Assembly: GCA_964394435.1 (NCBI GenBank) | Contig: CAYMXN010000003.1 | Coordinates: 635-64,634 of the forward strand | Reading direction: 5' to 3' | DNA: 64,000 nucleotides | Source: an uncultured Candidatus Saccharibacteria bacterium | Lineage (GTDB): Bacteria > Patescibacteriota > Minisyncoccia > UBA6257 > 1-14-0-10-44-23 | Shown here: positions 24,533 to 33,619 of the stretch, piece by piece | How the letters are laid out: each line of letters opens with the position of its first letter | Position numbering within the stretch: the first letter of the stretch is position 1 | Notes under the pieces: model-generated | Database searches by the model: none | Seen by the model: only the letters and a program-made list of their open reading frames with translations | Told to the model about the DNA's origin: nothing | Position numbers and translations under genes: made by a program

Positions 24533-27500
24533 ATGCTCGAAAAAGTAAATTTTGATGAAGCGAAGCAGTCACAACTCCCAGCGCTAGAGCTTCTTTTGGC
24601 TATGGGATACAAGTACATCTCAGCCGAAGAGGCGTTGCGCCAGCGGGGCGGGGATACCTCGAACTTCATCTTAACTGATATTGCGGCCGAAAAGCTGATG
24701 GAGATTAATGGCTATGAGGTTGATGGCGCTAATCACAAGTTTAGCGGGAAAGACGTTCGCGACGCGATTGATGAACTTGAGCATCTGCCATATGAAGGCC
24801 TCATCGACACCGCGCAAGAGGTTTATAACATTGTGATGCCGACCAGTGGTGGTAAGACGATTAAAGTAAGCCACGCGGGCAAGACGATGTCGCAGAATTT
24901 CCGCTTTATTGATTTTAAGAATCCAGAAAATAACGCGTTTCATGTAACCGCGGAGTTTGTGGTGAGCGGCAAGCAAAACATCCGGCCGGATATCGTTTGC
25001 TTTGTAAACGGCATCCCGTTTGCGGTGATCGAGAATAAGAAGGGCAGCGTCGGCGTTGTTGAGGCGATCAACCAGATGAATCGCAATCAAGGACCAGAGT
25101 TTTGCCCGAAGTTTTTTGCGTATACTCAGCTTTTGGTCGCGACGAACGGGAAGGAGTTACAATATGGCACCACAGGCACACCGAATAAGTTTTATGCGGT
25201 TTGGAAAGAAAAGGGGGCAGAGAAAGAGATTGAGGCGAAGGCGGTGAAGCTGATTAAAAAGCCGGTGAGCGCTTTAACGTATGCGCAGGTTTTGGCTGAT
25301 TTAAACGGATATACTGATGGCCACAAGCAAAAGCTGGACCGATTACCGACAGAACAGGATCGGGGAATTGTTGCGCTTTTTGAGCCAGCGCGACTTTTAG
25401 ACCTTACGAAGAATTATGTTTTGTTTGATGCGGGAGTAAAGAAGCTCTCGCGGTATCAGCAGTATTTTGCGATCGAGAAGATGTTGACTCGGGTGGCAGA
25501 GATTGAGCAGGGACCAAAAGGTGAGCGCCGACGCGGTGGTTTGATTTGGCACACGCAAGGCTCGGGAAAGTCCTTAACAATGGTCATGTTCGTGAAGGCG
25601 TTGATCGAGAATCCGCATATTAGCAATCCACGAGTGATTATCGTGACCGATCGAAAAGACCTCGATCGCCAGATTAGGGACACGTTCAAGAACTGTAATT
25701 TAAAGAAAGAAGTTATCCAGGCGAATACCGGTCAGCAGTTAGTTAATCTAATCAAGGAGAGAAATCTTTCAGTAGTGACTACCACGGTCCACAAGTTTGA
25801 ACCAGGGAGGAAAAAGAATGCTGGTTTTGTTGATACTGATAAAAACATCTTTGTTCTAGTTGACGAAGCGCATCGCACTCAAAATGGTGTTGCGAATTTA
25901 GAGATGAATCAACTTATCCCGAACGCCTGCTATATCGGCTTTACGGGTACGCCCCTAATGACTGGCGAAAAAGAAAGCTGGAAAAAGTTCGGTGGCTATA
26001 TCGATAGATATACTATTGATGATGCGCTTACTGATAAAATAATTTTGCCGCTTATTTACGAAGGACGGTATGCCCCCCAAGGGCAGAATGCAGAGCAGAT
26101 CGACCGGCAAGTTGACCGCGTATCTGAAAATTTAAGTAGAAAATATAAAGTTGAGCTTCAAAAGTTTGTTAGTACGGAGATTATCAGAGATAATCCTCAG
26201 CGCATTACTGAGATTTCGTATGACATCGAGAAGCATTTTCTCACACACTTTAAAGATACCGGCTTAAAGGCGCAGATTGTTGCTCCGTCTAAGTATTCGG
26301 CGATTCTATTTCAGAATCTGTTTGAGTCGCGTGGTAAGATTCGCACCGCGGTGATTATTTCTGACGAGCATGAGGACGGCGATGAGTCGAACACGCACCG
26401 AAAGGAGGTGGTGAAGTATTTAGATGGTATTCGGGCGAAATACAGCAGCGTCGGCAAGTATGAGAAGGATATGGTTGAGAGCTTTAAGAATTATGAGGAG
26501 GGTATCGAGGTGATTATCGTCGTTGATAAGCTTTTAACCGGATTTGATGCGCCTCGCAATACGGTTTTGTATTTAGCAAAAGATCTTAAGGATCATAACT
26601 TGCTGCAGGCGATTGCGCGCGTAAATCGTTTGCACGAGAACAAGAAGCTCCCAAAAACGGCAGGCTATATTATCGACTACTCAGAAAACGCTAAGAACAT
26701 TGATACGGCAATGAGGCTGTTTGGTAACTACGATGAGAACGATGTGAAGGGGACGCTGATCGACGTGAGCGAGAAGATTCAAGAGCTTGAGCAGAGCTAC
26801 GCCTTAGTGCACGACTTGTTTAATGAAGCGAAGGGATCGTCTGATGATGAGGTATATTTGCAGTTACTTAAGGATGAGCCGAAGCGCGAGACGTTCTATA
26901 AGGCGCTCAATGCGTTTATTAAGAACTTCAACGAGTGTTTTGTGTTGCAAGACTTCGTGCACGAGTTTGGCGGGAAGCTGAATGTGTATCGTAAAGAGCT
27001 GAAGAAGTTTATGGAGCTTCGTAAGACAGCGAGTTTGCAATATGCGGATCGTATCGATCTTTCTGAATATAAGCAGGCGCTCATTAACATCCTCGACAAA
27101 TATGTTGATGCGGGTGAAGTTGAGTTACTGACTAAGCAAATTAATATCACTGATCGCAAACAATTTGAGGAGGCGGTTGCTACGCTCGGTTCTGACAAGT
27201 CGAAGGCTGAAGCGATTGCAGCTCAGACGCAAAAGACGATTCATGAAAGGCTTGAGTCTGACCCTGAGTTCTATGAGCGATTTTCGAAGAAGATTTCTGA
27301 GATCCTAGAGAAGATGAGGCAGGGGAAGCTTGCTGATATCGCGGCGCTTAAGCAACTGAAGCTTATCGAAGACGATGTGATTCAGAAAAAAGACGTGGCG
27401 CTGCCAGGGGCGATTATCGCGCAGCCGGGATCCGATATCTTATATCGTAATCTTCAAGAGGTATTTAAGAATCACAAAGTGAGCGAAGATGATTTTATCG

Positions 27501-27721
27501 CCATCGTTGTTGATATCTTTGCGCTCGTAAAAAAAGAAGCGATTGTTGATTGGTATAAGAATATCGATGTGAAGCGACGGATGAAAAACGTCATTGACGA
27601 CTATGTGTATGACGTTATTAGGGGTGAGCGAGGTATAGAGATTACGGATGATGAGACGGTTAAGATTATAGAACGAGTAATGCAATTAGCTGAGAACAAC
27701 TATGAAATCTTCGGAGCGTAA
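24533..27721 (+). CDS. hsdR: Type I restriction enzyme R subunit (SF2 helicase/endonuclease)
   Basis: N-terminal PD-(D/E)xK-like region (..VNGIPFAVIENKK..), Walker A HTQGSGKSLT, DEAH box FVLVDEAHRTQ, motif VI-like LLQAIARVNR. 1062 aa. Confidence 0.9.
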   Translation: MLEKVNFDEAKQSQLPALELLLAMGYKYISAEEALRQRGGDTSNFILTDIAAEKLMEINGYEVDGANHKFSGKDVRDAIDELEHLPYEGLIDTAQEVYNIVMPTSGGKTIKVSHAGKTMSQNFRFIDFKNPENNAFHVTAEFVVSGKQNIRPDIVCFVNGIPFAVIENKKGSVGVVEAINQMNRNQGPEFCPKFFAYTQLLVATNGKELQYGTTGTPNKFYAVWKEKGAEKEIEAKAVKLIKKPVSALTYAQVLADLNGYTDGHKQKLDRLPTEQDRGIVALFEPARLLDLTKNYVLFDAGVKKLSRYQQYFAIEKMLTRVAEIEQGPKGERRRGGLIWHTQGSGKSLTMVMFVKALIENPHISNPRVIIVTDRKDLDRQIRDTFKNCNLKKEVIQANTGQQLVNLIKERNLSVVTTTVHKFEPGRKKNAGFVDTDKNIFVLVDEAHRTQNGVANLEMNQLIPNACYIGFTGTPLMTGEKESWKKFGGYIDRYTIDDALTDKIILPLIYEGRYAPQGQNAEQIDRQVDRVSENLSRKYKVELQKFVSTEIIRDNPQRITEISYDIEKHFLTHFKDTGLKAQIVAPSKYSAILFQNLFESRGKIRTAVIISDEHEDGDESNTHRKEVVKYLDGIRAKYSSVGKYEKDMVESFKNYEEGIEVIIVVDKLLTGFDAPRNTVLYLAKDLKDHNLLQAIARVNRLHENKKLPKTAGYIIDYSENAKNIDTAMRLFGNYDENDVKGTLIDVSEKIQELEQSYALVHDLFNEAKGSSDDEVYLQLLKDEPKRETFYKALNAFIKNFNECFVLQDFVHEFGGKLNVYRKELKKFMELRKTASLQYADRIDLSEYKQALINILDKYVDAGEVELLTKQINITDRKQFEEAVATLGSDKSKAEAIAAQTQKTIHERLESDPEFYERFSKKISEILEKMRQGKLADIAALKQLKLIEDDVIQKKDVALPGAIIAQPGSDILYRNLQEVFKNHKVSEDDFIAIVVDIFALVKKEAIVDWYKNIDVKRRMKNVIDDYVYDVIRGERGIEITDDETVKIIERVMQLAENNYEIFGA

Positions 27722-28421
27722 GCCAGCGAAGTTTACATTTGGCTCTTTTGTGTATCATTACGATCTGGTTCGAGAGGAGCGTAAGACGCTCGGCCTAACC
27801 GTGATGCCCAATTTGAGTATTTACTTAAAATCTCCGCATGAAGCTAGCGCGGAGCGAATCGATTTATTTTTGAAGCGGAAGTGGTTTTGGCTCGAGAAGC
27901 AACTCAACTTCTTCAGAAAGCATCAACGAAAGATGTATACAAAGGAGTACATTTCTGGTGAGAGTTTTCTATACCTCGGGAGGCAGTATGAGCTTTTGGT
28001 TCGATCAGCCGTAAAGCCCAAAGTCGTGCTATCGAAAAAGAGTCTGGCACTTTATACAGATAGAGGTTTATCTGATGGCGCGAGAAACAAGAGGATTCTC
28101 GACGCCTGGTATGCAAAAAGGATCGGCGTAGTTTTTGCTGAGCGGCTTGCTCACGCCGTGAAGAAGTTTGGTTACCAGGCCGTACCTGAATTGATTATTC
28201 GCGAGATGCCTCGTCGATGGGGGAGTTTTCTGAGTACGGAGAAAATCATCTTGAATCCACGTCTTATTTTTACCTCAAAAGAGTGCATTGATTACGTCAT
28301 CACCCACGAGCTCTGTCACTGGAAGTTTAAAAATCATAATAGGAAGTTTTTCGCTTTGCTTGAGAAGCAATATCCGAAATGGAAAAAGGTCAAAGAAAAG
28401 TTAGAGATGTATGGGATATAA
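27702..28421 (+). CDS. YgjP/DUF45-family (M48/SprT-like) zinc metallopeptidase, translationally coupled to hsdR
   Basis: HExxH in VITHELCHWKFKNHNRKF, with a DUF45-typical N-terminus (..YHYDLVREERKTLGLTV...IYLKSP..). The start overlaps the hsdR stop by 20 nt. Confidence 0.7.
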   Translation: MKSSERKPAKFTFGSFVYHYDLVREERKTLGLTVMPNLSIYLKSPHEASAERIDLFLKRKWFWLEKQLNFFRKHQRKMYTKEYISGESFLYLGRQYELLVRSAVKPKVVLSKKSLALYTDRGLSDGARNKRILDAWYAKRIGVVFAERLAHAVKKFGYQAVPELIIREMPRRWGSFLSTEKIILNPRLIFTSKECIDYVITHELCHWKFKNHNRKFFALLEKQYPKWKKVKEKLEMYGI

Positions 28422-28638
28422 ACATTATCGGAGGAAGAATCGAGAGAATGATCTGAAGAAATGGATTCCCGCTATGGTTATTTTCGCGATCGTCTTCGTA
28501 GGAGTTTTTATATATAGATTTTTTTCAAATTGCATTTTTGAATGGCCGATTCGTTGGGATGTTAAGACTTGTTGGAATGAGCAAATTGCTCCGGCAAAAC
28601 AAAAAGCCGCAGAGCAAGCAGCTGATTTTGCGCCATGA
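28411..28638 (+). CDS. Small membrane protein (1 TM), hypothetical
   Basis: WIPAMVIFAIVFVGVFIYRFF helix. Weak gene model. Confidence 0.3.
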   Translation: MGYKHYRRKNRENDLKKWIPAMVIFAIVFVGVFIYRFFSNCIFEWPIRWDVKTCWNEQIAPAKQKAAEQAADFAP

Positions 28639-28701
28639 TGTTAATCTACCCCCACACCCAAATCTGATACCGGTAAGTACGAATGGTGCTAGAATGATGA
28701 T

Positions 28702-29334
28702 ATGAAACTCATTATTATTTTGGCAGTCATATTTGTGCTCTGGTCAGTTTGGGGATTTATTGGTTCTCGTGTTGAACAAGCGGACTATAAGGTGGTGAAG
28801 CAGATGGATGGATATGAGATCAGGGAGTATCCGGCGCATATCGTAGCGCAGACTACCGTAAAGGGCTCCTATGGAGAGTCGATGGGCCAAGGTTTTAGCA
28901 TTGTGGCGGGATATATTTTTGGTGGGAATGCGAAAAAAGAAAGCATCGCCATGACCGCTCCGGTGGTTGCACAGCAGGGAGGGGGTGAAAAAATATCAGA
29001 ACGTATCGCTATGACCGCTCCCGTAGTAGCCACGGCAGAGGGTGATTCGCAGACTATCTCGTTTGGTATGCCTCGCTCGTATACGCTCGAGACACTACCG
29101 ACACCAGATGACTCACGGGTGAAAATCGTGATGATTCCTACCAAGAAATACGCAGTACTACAGTTTTCGTGGTATCGCACCGATGCGCGCATTAAGCAGA
29201 TGCAGGAAAAGCTGCGTGCCGCGCTAACTCGTGACGGAGTGGTCGCGCAGGGAGGTGTCGCGTACGCCGGGTACAACGCGCCGTGGACTCCGCCTTGGAT
29301 GAGTCGGAACGAGGTATTAATTGAAGTTCAATAA
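28702..29334 (+). CDS. SOUL/HBP heme-binding-family protein with an N-terminal anchor
   Basis: YEIREYPAHIVAQTTVKGSYGESMGQGFSIVAGYIFGGNAKKESIAMTAPVV...IAMTAPVV...YAVLQFSWY matches the SOUL domain pattern (duplicated MTAPV motifs). Confidence 0.65.
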   Translation: MKLIIILAVIFVLWSVWGFIGSRVEQADYKVVKQMDGYEIREYPAHIVAQTTVKGSYGESMGQGFSIVAGYIFGGNAKKESIAMTAPVVAQQGGGEKISERIAMTAPVVATAEGDSQTISFGMPRSYTLETLPTPDDSRVKIVMIPTKKYAVLQFSWYRTDARIKQMQEKLRAALTRDGVVAQGGVAYAGYNAPWTPPWMSRNEVLIEVQ

Positions 29335-29367
29335 CGATAGTTATCTCAATATAAAAAATAGTATTCT

Positions 29368-29820
29368 ATGTCGAATCTAGACTTTTGGGGATTGTTCGTG
29401 ATGCTCGCCGGATTTATTATCGGCCTTGGTGCGGTGACTGTGATTGATATTCACGGCTTTTTAGGTAGAAAGTCTTCGTACTGGACAGAAGCTACTATTC
29501 GTACGCACAAGGTGACTAAGCCGCTCATCTGGGTTGGCATCGCGTTGGCTATCGTTGGCGGCGCTCTTCTGTATCGCGGCGAATCACTCTCGGGTATTCC
29601 GCTGTATCACGCTTTGATCGCCGGGACATTAATTCTTAACGGATTATTTTTGTCATTTCAGGTGAGCCCGTTTTTAGTGAAGCGGGAGAGCGAGGGGAGG
29701 CAAGCGGAGCTTTTGCCAGCTTCACTACAGAACAAGATTGTTGTCAGTCTTCTCGTTTCTGATATCGGTTGGTGGGGCGGGCTCGTTTTGCTCGTGTGTC
29801 ATCTCGTCTCGAGATCGTAA
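29368..29820 (+). CDS. Integral membrane protein (4 TM), hypothetical
   Basis: Helices FWGLFVMLAGFIIGLGAVTVI, LIWVGIALAIVGGALLY, YHALIAGTLILNGLFLSF, IVVSLLVSDIGWWGGLVLLVCHLV. Confidence 0.45.
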   Translation: MSNLDFWGLFVMLAGFIIGLGAVTVIDIHGFLGRKSSYWTEATIRTHKVTKPLIWVGIALAIVGGALLYRGESLSGIPLYHALIAGTLILNGLFLSFQVSPFLVKRESEGRQAELLPASLQNKIVVSLLVSDIGWWGGLVLLVCHLVSRS

Positions 29821-29833
29821 TCACGCTTAGTTC

Positions 29834-29906
29834 GCCCTTGTAGCTCAATGGATTGAGCAAGCCGCTTCTATCGGCGAGGTTGTAGGTTCAAATCCTGCCA
29901 AGGGCA
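29834..29906 (+). tRNA. tRNA-Arg (anticodon TCT)
   Basis: Cloverleaf folded by hand. Acceptor GCCCTTG/CAAGGGC plus discriminator A. D-arm GCTC-AATGGATT-GAGC. Anticodon arm AGCCG-CTTCTAT-CGGCG (one 27:43 mismatch; loop has U33 and A37). Variable loop AGGTT. T-arm GTAGG-TTCAAAT-CCTGC. No encoded CCA. Confidence 0.8.
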
Positions 29907-30000
29907 CGAGTTGTGATATTCTAAATTAATGACTTTGTATCAAAAGTTTCAGGCGAAGCTACTAAGAAAGTGGAGTAGGGAGTAGGAAGACCCGCAGATT

Positions 30001-30549
30001 GTGGCCTTTAAAAAGGCGGCATTTGCGCACCTAGCCGGAACGGTTGTTGAGATTGGTCCGGGCGCGGGTACCAACCTCAAATACTATCCCAAGGATATCG
30101 CTTGGACGGGCATCGAGCCAAACTCCGCAGTTAATACGTCACTACTCGCAGAAGCTGAAAAATGTGGGTTAAAAACCTATGCGATTCAAAACAGCGCGGG
30201 CGAAAAGCTGCCACTTGCTGATAATAGTTGTGACGCAGTGATCGCTACGTATGTGCTGTGTTCAGTTAAAGACCAGGCGCAGGTACTAAGTGAAATCAAG
30301 CGCGTGCTGAAGCCGGGCGGAGAGTATATTTTTCTCGAACATGTTGCCGCACCGCGCGGGAGCATGTTTCGTATATTTCAAAATCTCACTACCTTTTTTC
30401 ATCGCCTGATCGCCGGAAACTGTCATGTAAATCGGGAGACAGAAGACGCGCTCCAGTCCGCCGGATTTGAGCATATCGAGAGCCATACCCAGGGAATCAA
30501 ATTTGCCATGCTTAGCTGGCCGCACATCTGGGGTAGCGCGATAAAATAA
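30001..30549 (+). CDS. Class I SAM-dependent methyltransferase (Methyltransf_11-like)
   Basis: Motif I VVEIGPGAGTN. Post-I acidic residue. LKPGGEYIFLEH. GTG start at 30001, as the in-frame upstream sequence hits a stop. Confidence 0.65.
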   Translation: MAFKKAAFAHLAGTVVEIGPGAGTNLKYYPKDIAWTGIEPNSAVNTSLLAEAEKCGLKTYAIQNSAGEKLPLADNSCDAVIATYVLCSVKDQAQVLSEIKRVLKPGGEYIFLEHVAAPRGSMFRIFQNLTTFFHRLIAGNCHVNRETEDALQSAGFEHIESHTQGIKFAMLSWPHIWGSAIK

Positions 30550-30554
30550 AAGTC

Positions 30555-30911
30555 ATGAACCTATCCATTAAAACCGTTGATGAGTATCTCGCCCAGTTTT
30601 CTGGCGACGTATTAAAGCGGCTCAAGACGATGCGAGCGCTCGTCGAAAAATGTGCGCCCAAAGCCGAGGAGATGATTCGCTACGGTATGCCGGCGTATAA
30701 AATCAATAATCAGCCCGTGGTGTATTTTGCGGCGATGAAAAAGCATATCGGTTTATATCCGACGCCAAGTGCAATTAACGCGTTTAAAGCAAAGCTGAAA
30801 GACTATGCGTGTTCGAAAGGAGCGATTCAACTGCCACTAGACAAACCGCTACCTACTCCGCTCATTGCCACAATTGTTAAGTTTAGGTTGAAAGAGGTCG
30901 CGGGAAAGTGA
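30555..30911 (+). CDS. DUF1801 (YdhG-like) domain protein
   Basis: ...VDEYLAQFSGDVLKRLKTMRALVEKCAPKAEEMIRYGMPAYKINNQPVVYFAAMKKHIGLYP... matches the DUF1801 pattern. Confidence 0.55.
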   Translation: MNLSIKTVDEYLAQFSGDVLKRLKTMRALVEKCAPKAEEMIRYGMPAYKINNQPVVYFAAMKKHIGLYPTPSAINAFKAKLKDYACSKGAIQLPLDKPLPTPLIATIVKFRLKEVAGK

Positions 30912-30924
30912 TATACACATATAT

Positions 30925-31170
30925 ATGCAAAAACAAAATTGTAACGCGTGCCAGAGTTGCTTGATGCCATTTTCAAAAGATACGGGGGTACGGGAGAACC
31001 CACTCTATTGCAGTCTGTGTTTTTCAGGCGGGAAGCTCTGCTATGAAGGGAGTGATTTGAAAGAGTTTCAGAAGGTGTGTTATGAGAGTATGCGTAAGCA
31101 TGGCATGGGGATGCTAAAGGCGAAGTTTTTTACGTTTATGATTCGATTCGCTCCGCGTTGGAAAAAATAA
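30925..31170 (+). CDS. Zinc-ribbon domain protein (CNAC..C...YCSLC)
   Basis: CxxC-x(n)-CxxC near the N-terminus. 81 aa. Confidence 0.4.
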   Translation: MQKQNCNACQSCLMPFSKDTGVRENPLYCSLCFSGGKLCYEGSDLKEFQKVCYESMRKHGMGMLKAKFFTFMIRFAPRWKK

Positions 31171-31460
31171 TGAATCTTTCGTTTAAAGCCAATGTCTGGC
31201 TGTATCCGGGGCACGCCGGGTGGCATTTTGTTTCATTACCAAAAGACGTAGCGGCGAAGGTGAGTACGCATCAAGAGGGAAAGCCGCGGCGTGGTTGGGG
31301 TGCGGTGGCGGCTACGGTACACGTTGGTTCGAGTGTCTGGAAAACGTCTATATTTCCAGATAAAAAAACTGGGACATACTTACTCGCGCTGAAGGCCGAG
31401 GTGCGTAAAAAGGAGGGGATTTTTGCAAATGATAGTATCAAGATTAAGATTGAGATATAA
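31158..31460 (+). CDS. DUF1905 domain protein
   Basis: ...VWLYPGHAGWHFVSLPKDVAAKV....GWGAVAATVHVGSSVWKTSIFPDKKTGTYLLALKAEVRKKEG matches DUF1905. Confidence 0.6.
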   Translation: MEKIMNLSFKANVWLYPGHAGWHFVSLPKDVAAKVSTHQEGKPRRGWGAVAATVHVGSSVWKTSIFPDKKTGTYLLALKAEVRKKEGIFANDSIKIKIEI

Positions 31461-31467
31461 TAACCAC

Positions 31468-32085
31468 ATGAAAAACAATAGGAACAAAGGATTTGCGCCA
31501 ATATTTATCATCTTAATTGTTGTCGCCGTAGGCGCGATTACCTATGCGGTTGTGCCAAAAACTGTATTAAAAGATTTTTTTGAAAAAGGAGATAAGCCTA
31601 CCCAACAGCAATTTTCGGATACGATTGATTCAGCGTTGAACCTGCAGGATGATGGTATTTCGACAGCAAAAAAGGAGTATAGCCCAACAAAAGAGTACGC
31701 GGTGGGTGATACGGCTGTAAAAAATCAACCGATTTATCAGGCGAAGGTGCTTACACAAGCCGAGACAGAGTTTAAGCTTGACGCTGATCAAGCAGTGACG
31801 TTTAAGTGGACGCCGATTGTGTCAAAACCTCAAGAGCCAACTACCTATCGCTTGAAAGTGTGGCAGTTGATGCAGGGGCAGAGTGGTTCGCAGGCGATGA
31901 AAGCAAATCAGCCAATAGCTACCAAAGAGGTTGTTGATGGTACCGAGGCGACGCTAAGTGGTATTTACACCGGTCCATGCCGTCCGCCATATCTATGTGA
32001 CTTTATTTGGAGTGTTGAAGTTGTCGCGAAGGCCGAATCAACAACCGGGACCAGTGGATCAGCTGGAGCACCAGCTCATGAATAA
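31468..32085 (+). CDS. Membrane-anchored/secreted hypothetical protein
   Basis: ATG at 31468 (MKNNRNKGFAPIFIILIVVAVGAITYAVV anchor). Thr/Gln-rich soluble part with a PCRPPYLC pair. Confidence 0.45.
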   Translation: MKNNRNKGFAPIFIILIVVAVGAITYAVVPKTVLKDFFEKGDKPTQQQFSDTIDSALNLQDDGISTAKKEYSPTKEYAVGDTAVKNQPIYQAKVLTQAETEFKLDADQAVTFKWTPIVSKPQEPTTYRLKVWQLMQGQSGSQAMKANQPIATKEVVDGTEATLSGIYTGPCRPPYLCDFIWSVEVVAKAESTTGTSGSAGAPAHE

Positions 32086-32395
32086 AAATCCATATATCAA
32101 CGCACTGCTCGCCGCACTCTACATCGCACTGCTCGTGTTTGGTGTGTCGACATTTGTCGATCAGCCAGACAAGCAGGCATCGCTCCTCGCTCCGATTGCT
32201 ATGCTTTCACTGCTAACACTATCAGCTGCAGTGATGGGCTACCTATTTGTCGGTACGCCACTCATGCTCTATATCGATGGTCACAAAAAAGAAGCAGTAA
32301 GGTTTTTCTTAAAAACAGTCGGTGGCTTCGCCTTACTAACAATCATCTTTTTAGTCTTACTTAGCAGTCAGATAAGCGGGCAAAAGTTTTTGTAG
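32078..32395 (+). CDS. Small membrane protein (3 TM), hypothetical
   Basis: ATG at 32078 (MNKNPYINALLAALYIALLVFGVSTFV...), overlapping the previous stop. Confidence 0.4.
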   Translation: MNKNPYINALLAALYIALLVFGVSTFVDQPDKQASLLAPIAMLSLLTLSAAVMGYLFVGTPLMLYIDGHKKEAVRFFLKTVGGFALLTIIFLVLLSSQISGQKFL

Positions 32396-32412
32396 GCGAG
32401 TACTTGGTATAG

Positions 32413-32727
32413 TTGCAAAAAGAGCACGCTCTCGATATAGTCATCGCAGTTCTCAAAGGGGTATTCATCATGAAGAAGCGACCGGAACCGCTCTCGTACT
32501 CGTTCCAAAGCAGAAAGGAGAGTCGGAGGTTCTTCTGGCAGATCCTGGCGAGTGGCATTTGGCACTTACTGAAAGTTGCCGCGATCATGCTGACGAGCCT
32601 AATGGTTGCCCAGGGAGACTCCAGGTTCGCGTTAACAAACGGCCAATGGTCGTTGTTGATGAGTATTTGTATCATCGGAGCGTGCATAACGCATCGCGAC
32701 AATGATTCACGGTTCAAGGGTGTATAG
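32413..32727 (+). CDS. Small membrane protein, hypothetical (weak)
   Basis: Hydrophobic helices WHLLKVAAIMLTSLMVA and WSLLMSICIIGACI. Start uncertain. Confidence 0.3.
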   Translation: MQKEHALDIVIAVLKGVFIMKKRPEPLSYSFQSRKESRRFFWQILASGIWHLLKVAAIMLTSLMVAQGDSRFALTNGQWSLLMSICIIGACITHRDNDSRFKGV

Positions 32728-32844
32728 GAGAGTGAGCTGTCTGGCGTGTGTCTGCCCCCGGTCCGAAAAGGGTCGGGGGTTTTACTTTTGATAAGAACCC
32801 AGGGTTTTGTTAATCGACTCTAAGCTGGTATATGATTAGTCTAT

Positions 32845-33396
32845 ATGAATAATCAAAATGGTATCTCTAAAATCTTTATCATCATTAGTATCGCGCTTAT
32901 TATCGGCATCGCTGCATGGTTAGGAGTTTTCTCAAAGAAAGCATTTGAAGTCCCGGCAAGCTGGAAAACGTTTGATGGTCCAGGATTTACGATGCGCTAT
33001 CCGGAAACAATCGGTACAAAATATATTACCGCCACCGAGTGGCCGCCTAAAACACAATTATTTGCAGGGAACCCGGTTTGTAATGCGAGCGGATCAGAGA
33101 CTGATGCTGCGGGCATAACCGAGAAAAAGGAAATTAATGGGAGGGTGTACTGCACCGCGAAAAAATCAGAAGGTGCCGCAGGCAGCACATACACGCAATA
33201 TGTATATGCGCTTTCAAAGGGAGAAAATAAGGCGATTGTCGTTTCATTTAATCTTCGCTTGGTACAGTGCGGTAATTTTGATGATCCAGAAAAGACGGAG
33301 TGCGAGCAAGAGCGAAAAACATTTGATATTGATGAGCTCGTAGATCAAATTGCGCAGACCATTATTACGACAGCGAGTAGTACGACCGCGAAATAG
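32845..33396 (+). CDS. Secreted hypothetical protein (N-terminal anchor)
   Basis: ISKIFIIISIALIIGIAAWLGVF anchor. Soluble domain with four Cys. No recognisable motif. Confidence 0.45.
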   Translation: MNNQNGISKIFIIISIALIIGIAAWLGVFSKKAFEVPASWKTFDGPGFTMRYPETIGTKYITATEWPPKTQLFAGNPVCNASGSETDAAGITEKKEINGRVYCTAKKSEGAAGSTYTQYVYALSKGENKAIVVSFNLRLVQCGNFDDPEKTECEQERKTFDIDELVDQIAQTIITTASSTTAK

Positions 33397-33399
33397 AAA

Positions 33400-33618
33400 A
33401 TGGAGAAAATAAAGAGATATATGCAGTATCACGCAGATGGGAGTGTCTGGGCGAAGGGCTATTTAGCTGGTAAACAGATGGAGGGAGGGTGGACTTGGTT
33501 TCGTAAGGATGGTACCAAAATGCGTTCGGGGAGTTTTAAAAGCGGGAAGCAATACGGCGAGTGGATTACTTATGATAAAAAAGGTAAGGTAGTTAAGAAA
33601 ACAATAATAAAAAAATAA
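33400..33618 (+). CDS. YwqK/MORN-repeat-like small protein
   Basis: ...YHADGSVWAKGYLAGKQMEGGWTWFRKDGTKMRSGSFKSGKQYGEWITYDKKGKVVKK resembles MORN-variant repeats of the YwqK antitoxin family. Confidence 0.45.
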   Translation: MEKIKRYMQYHADGSVWAKGYLAGKQMEGGWTWFRKDGTKMRSGSFKSGKQYGEWITYDKKGKVVKKTIIKK

Positions 33619-33619
33619 T

